Shown: positions 61,051-64,000 of the stretch, in pieces
How the letters are laid out: every line of letters starts with the position of its first letter
Position numbering within the stretch: position 1 is the first letter of the stretch
From: Acidobacteriota bacterium
Lineage (GTDB): Bacteria > Acidobacteriota > Terriglobia > Terriglobales > Acidobacteriaceae
DNA length: 64,000 bases
Reading direction: 5' to 3'
NCBI GenBank assembly: GCA_021804965.1
Contig: JAJZGG010000001.1
Location: 43,883 to 107,882, forward strand
Notes under the pieces: model-generated
What the model saw: only the letters and a program-made list of their open reading frames with translations
What the model was told of the DNA's origin: nothing
The model's database searches: none
Position numbers and translations under genes: made by a program

Positions 61051-62004
61051 ATGTCTGACTTGCTGGAGTTCCGTTTGCTGAAGTACATCGCGATGATCGC
61101 CGAAACCGGCAACTTCACACGCGCCGCGGAAAAGCTGTACCTGGCTCAACCTTCATTGAGCGAGCAGATCAGAAATCTCGAAGAGGGACTCGGGATCGAG
61201 CTCTTTGACCGCAGCGGAAAAAGAGTGGAACTCACCCCCGCCGGCCTTGTCTTGGTCAGCTACGCCAAAGGAGCTGTTCGCGAGCGCAACGAGATTGTGA
61301 AGGCCGCCCGCGCGATCCACCAAGGCGAAGTGCCACCTCTACGTCTTGGCTTCTCCAGCTTTGTGCCTATCGTCGTTCTTGAAGGGTTTCAACGGCTCTA
61401 CGAAAGCGTCTTTCCGGCGTGTCCCGTGCATTTGGCTGGAGGCAATGCGGCGCAAATTGTGGAACGCCTGAGAAATAAGACGCTCGATTGCGCACTGCTT
61501 CCCATGCCAGTAGAAGGAGACGATCTTGCCGTGTTGCAGATCGGCAGCACGCCCTTGGTAGTTTGCATGAGGACTGACGATCCGCTCGCGCAACTCACCG
61601 AGATTCGGCCAGTGGAAATGGCCGACCGGCTCACGGTATTCCGTGATCCGGAAAGTCACCCTATAGCGCACAGGCGGTTGCTCGAAATGCTTGCTGAATG
61701 CGGTGTCCGCCCCCAGGTTGCGTGTGCCGCAGCGACACCCGCCGAGTTGCAGTGGATGGTACAGAAAGGTTTTGGACTTGCCCTCATCAGCGGGCAAACG
61801 AAATTGGAAGCATCTCTGACTACCCGAGCCGTTGCTGGCGTCACATGGACCGCAGACACAGCGTTCGTCCATAACTCAGCGGCGGACCACCTCGCATTGC
61901 CATTGCTTGCCCGCCACCTGCGGAAACGCAGCAATCCCAAGCCTCGCAGATCAGAACAGCGCAAGAAGGAGCAGGGTGCGGTTCAGTTGGAACTTTTGAC
62001 ATAA
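61051..62004 (+). CDS. LysR family transcriptional regulator
   Basis: EFRLLKY...AETGNFTRAAEKLYLAQPSLSEQIRNLEEGLGIELFDR....V.LTPAG; GGAGG RBS. Confidence 0.93.
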   Translation: MSDLLEFRLLKYIAMIAETGNFTRAAEKLYLAQPSLSEQIRNLEEGLGIELFDRSGKRVELTPAGLVLVSYAKGAVRERNEIVKAARAIHQGEVPPLRLGFSSFVPIVVLEGFQRLYESVFPACPVHLAGGNAAQIVERLRNKTLDCALLPMPVEGDDLAVLQIGSTPLVVCMRTDDPLAQLTEIRPVEMADRLTVFRDPESHPIAHRRLLEMLAECGVRPQVACAAATPAELQWMVQKGFGLALISGQTKLEASLTTRAVAGVTWTADTAFVHNSAADHLALPLLARHLRKRSNPKPRRSEQRKKEQGAVQLELLT

Positions 62005-62087
62005 GCTCTGGCCCTCCGCTGCGGTACACTTCTCCGACTCAAGGTCGCTGAGCGCGATGGCCTCCTCCCGACATTTGAAGCATTTTT

Positions 62088-62194
62088 ATTGCGCGATCCT
62101 TGTTTTAATTGCGCGATTACAGATTATATTGCGTGATTAGTTTGAATATTGCGTAATTCTCTGTTCTAATTGCGCGATAGACCGATCGCGCAAC
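62088..62194 (+). repeat. phased array of five direct 10-bp boxes (ATTGCGYRAT) plus one inverted copy
   Basis: Boxes start at 62088, 62108, 62128, 62148 and 62169 (period 20,20,20,21); inverted ATCGCGCAAC at 62185; AT-rich non-identical spacers. Confidence 0.9.
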
Positions 62195-62213
62195 AAAATG
62201 GAGGTCCTGTCTC

Positions 62214-63884
62214 ATGCCCAAACTGCGTCCAGAACGAGAAGATGAGCTTGTTTCGATCATCGATATCGTGCGGAAAAGCCTCACTGGAGCCCGACGAAGC
62301 GATATCGAGGGAGTTCTGCCAGGTGTCCCGCAGAGAACACTCCAGTTTTGGCTTAGGAGTCTTGTCAGGGACGGACGCCTCATTCAAGAAGGTCGGGGGC
62401 CAGCTGCACGATATCGGATTGCAACACCAGTTGAAGGAGAGCCGAAAGCCACGAAAGGCCGGCCAGCACTCGAAGAAGAAAAGCTTGCCGAAGTTGAGAT
62501 ACCTGTCTCCGACAAGAGCAAACAGACACGTGAGTATTTGCGTCAACCGGTCGAGGCCAGGAAACACGTTGGCTATAACCGCCAGTTTCTCGACAGCTAT
62601 CGACCGAACACGACGTTCTACCTCTCACCCCAAGAACGAGCCCATTTGGCAGAAGTGGGGGCCACAAAGACCGGCATCGAGCCAGCGGGAACCTATGCGA
62701 AACAGATCTTAAATCGTTTGCTCATCGACCTCTCGTGGAATTCCAGCCGACTCGAAGGCAATACATACTCCTTGCTTGATACACGCCGACTCATTGAGTT
62801 CGGCGAAGAGGCACAGGACGGAAACAGGCTGGAAGCGCAGATGATCCTCAATCACAAAGACGCCATCGAGTTTCTTGTGAGTGAGGCTGCTGAGATCAAT
62901 TTCAATCGCTATACCATCTTGAATCTCCATGGAATACTGGCCCAAAACCTCTTGGCCGATGAGACCGCCGCAGGGCGCCTCCGGCGCATTGGGGTGGGGA
63001 TTCAACAGTCCGCATTCCATCCGCTTGAGGTTCCCCAGCTCATCGAGGAATGCTTCGATCAGGTCCTGGCCACAGCGCAAGCGATCCGCGATCCCTACGA
63101 ACAGGCTCTCTTTGCTATGGTTCAGCTTCCGTATCTTCAACCCTTCGACGATGTAAACAAACGCGTCTCACGGTTGGCAGCAAACATTCCGTTTATCAAA
63201 GGGAATTTGTCGCCGTTGTCATTCAACGAGGTCCCGCGTTCCGCTTATACCGAGGCCATCCTGGGCGTTTATGAGCTCAACAAAGTGGATCTGCTGAAAG
63301 ACGTCTTCATCTGGGCCTACGAGAAATCTGCTGAACGTTACGCAGCCGTACGCCAATCTCTTGGCGAGCCCGATCCATTCAGGCTGCGGCACCACCAAGC
63401 ACTACGGCAGCTCGAAGGAGAAGTGGTTCGCGGTCGCTTAGGCAGGAAAGAGGCAGCGGCGTTCATTGGCGATTGGGTAAACAAGAACGTCGCAGAAGAT
63501 AAGCGGGACACATTCAGAGAAATGGTAGAGTCTGATCTCCTCAGCCTGCATGAAGGAAATTTCGCGCGTCTTCAGATTCGACCGAGCGAATTTAAGGCGT
63601 GGCAGGTCGTATGGGAGAACAAAGAATTGATCTTTCCAGTTCGAGACGAACAATATGACAGATCTCGAGAATCAGTTGTCTTTTGGGGACAAGACCGAGC
63701 GCAACGAGTGCGATGCATGATCAGCAGAGAGGCGCTTGACGATCACTTTCAGGCTGATCACAAGGACAAGCTTGATGTATTCCGCACGAACCGCCAACGA
63801 ATTGAAGAAATCGCTCGCAACAAATACCTTGCTGGGCATATTGAACCTGATGGGAGTGTCCAGATACGCACGACAGATCTCTAA
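62214..63884 (+). CDS. Fic family protein with N-terminal HTH-like and C-terminal DUF1488-like domains
   Basis: GGAGG RBS; RRSDIE....VPQRTLQFWL..L...G.L...G.G.A.RY (wHTH-like); SSRLEGN inhibitory helix; variant Fic motif QPFDDVNKRVSR; C-terminal VVFWG......V.C.ISREALDDHF. Confidence 0.85.
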   Translation: MPKLRPEREDELVSIIDIVRKSLTGARRSDIEGVLPGVPQRTLQFWLRSLVRDGRLIQEGRGPAARYRIATPVEGEPKATKGRPALEEEKLAEVEIPVSDKSKQTREYLRQPVEARKHVGYNRQFLDSYRPNTTFYLSPQERAHLAEVGATKTGIEPAGTYAKQILNRLLIDLSWNSSRLEGNTYSLLDTRRLIEFGEEAQDGNRLEAQMILNHKDAIEFLVSEAAEINFNRYTILNLHGILAQNLLADETAAGRLRRIGVGIQQSAFHPLEVPQLIEECFDQVLATAQAIRDPYEQALFAMVQLPYLQPFDDVNKRVSRLAANIPFIKGNLSPLSFNEVPRSAYTEAILGVYELNKVDLLKDVFIWAYEKSAERYAAVRQSLGEPDPFRLRHHQALRQLEGEVVRGRLGRKEAAAFIGDWVNKNVAEDKRDTFREMVESDLLSLHEGNFARLQIRPSEFKAWQVVWENKELIFPVRDEQYDRSRESVVFWGQDRAQRVRCMISREALDDHFQADHKDKLDVFRTNRQRIEEIARNKYLAGHIEPDGSVQIRTTDL

Positions 63885-64000
63885 CAGAAACCGTCGCCCG
63901 TTATTGCACCCGCGACCTCTGCCATATTTGGGCAGAGGACATTGGTTCAGTAAGAGATCAATCATCGTTCTCCAAAGTGCTTTTGACCGATTTCTGCTAA

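Noticed and set aside
62088-62194. Possible mini-CRISPR array
   Set aside because: 10-bp repeats and 10-11-bp spacers are far too short, and no cas gene is in the window; kept as a protein-binding array
63916-63938. Hairpin CCTCTGCC-N7-GGCAGAGG after the Fic gene as a terminator
   Set aside because: No U tract on either side; role unclear
63962-64000. Possible 3' end of a minus-strand gene (LAEIGQKHFGER-stop)
   Set aside because: Only 12 codons are visible at the window edge; cannot be supported

Overview
High-GC bacterial chromosomal segment, most likely Acidobacteriota (inferred from an Acidobacteria-type VWA protein and a nadA-motif riboswitch). Positions 1-59,111 are core genome: Phe/Tyr catabolism (hmgA partial, phhA, hppD, divergent Lrp), leucine-type catabolism plus scoAB, rph, an atypical sigma54 signalling cassette, purU, panD, mrp-hrcA-grpE-dnaJ, a penicillin acylase, ispA, a nitrosative-stress module (ric, Crp/Fnr, nnrS) with two matching operators, a formate dehydrogenase/DUF1641/OFA transporter operon, korAB, a GH78 rhamnosidase, pgm, ftsB, a diguanylate cyclase, fba, and nadA under a two-domain NAD+-I riboswitch. 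From tRNA-Asn (59,037-59,111) to the window end lies the left part of an integrative element: tyrosine integrase, excisionase-like HTH, divergent LysR and a non-canonical HTH-Fic-DUF1488-like protein preceded by a phased array of five direct ATTGCGYRAT boxes plus one inverted copy. That array-plus-Fic module is the best candidate for an undescribed system. All calls come from reading the sequence and motifs; no searches were run, and start codons are best estimates.
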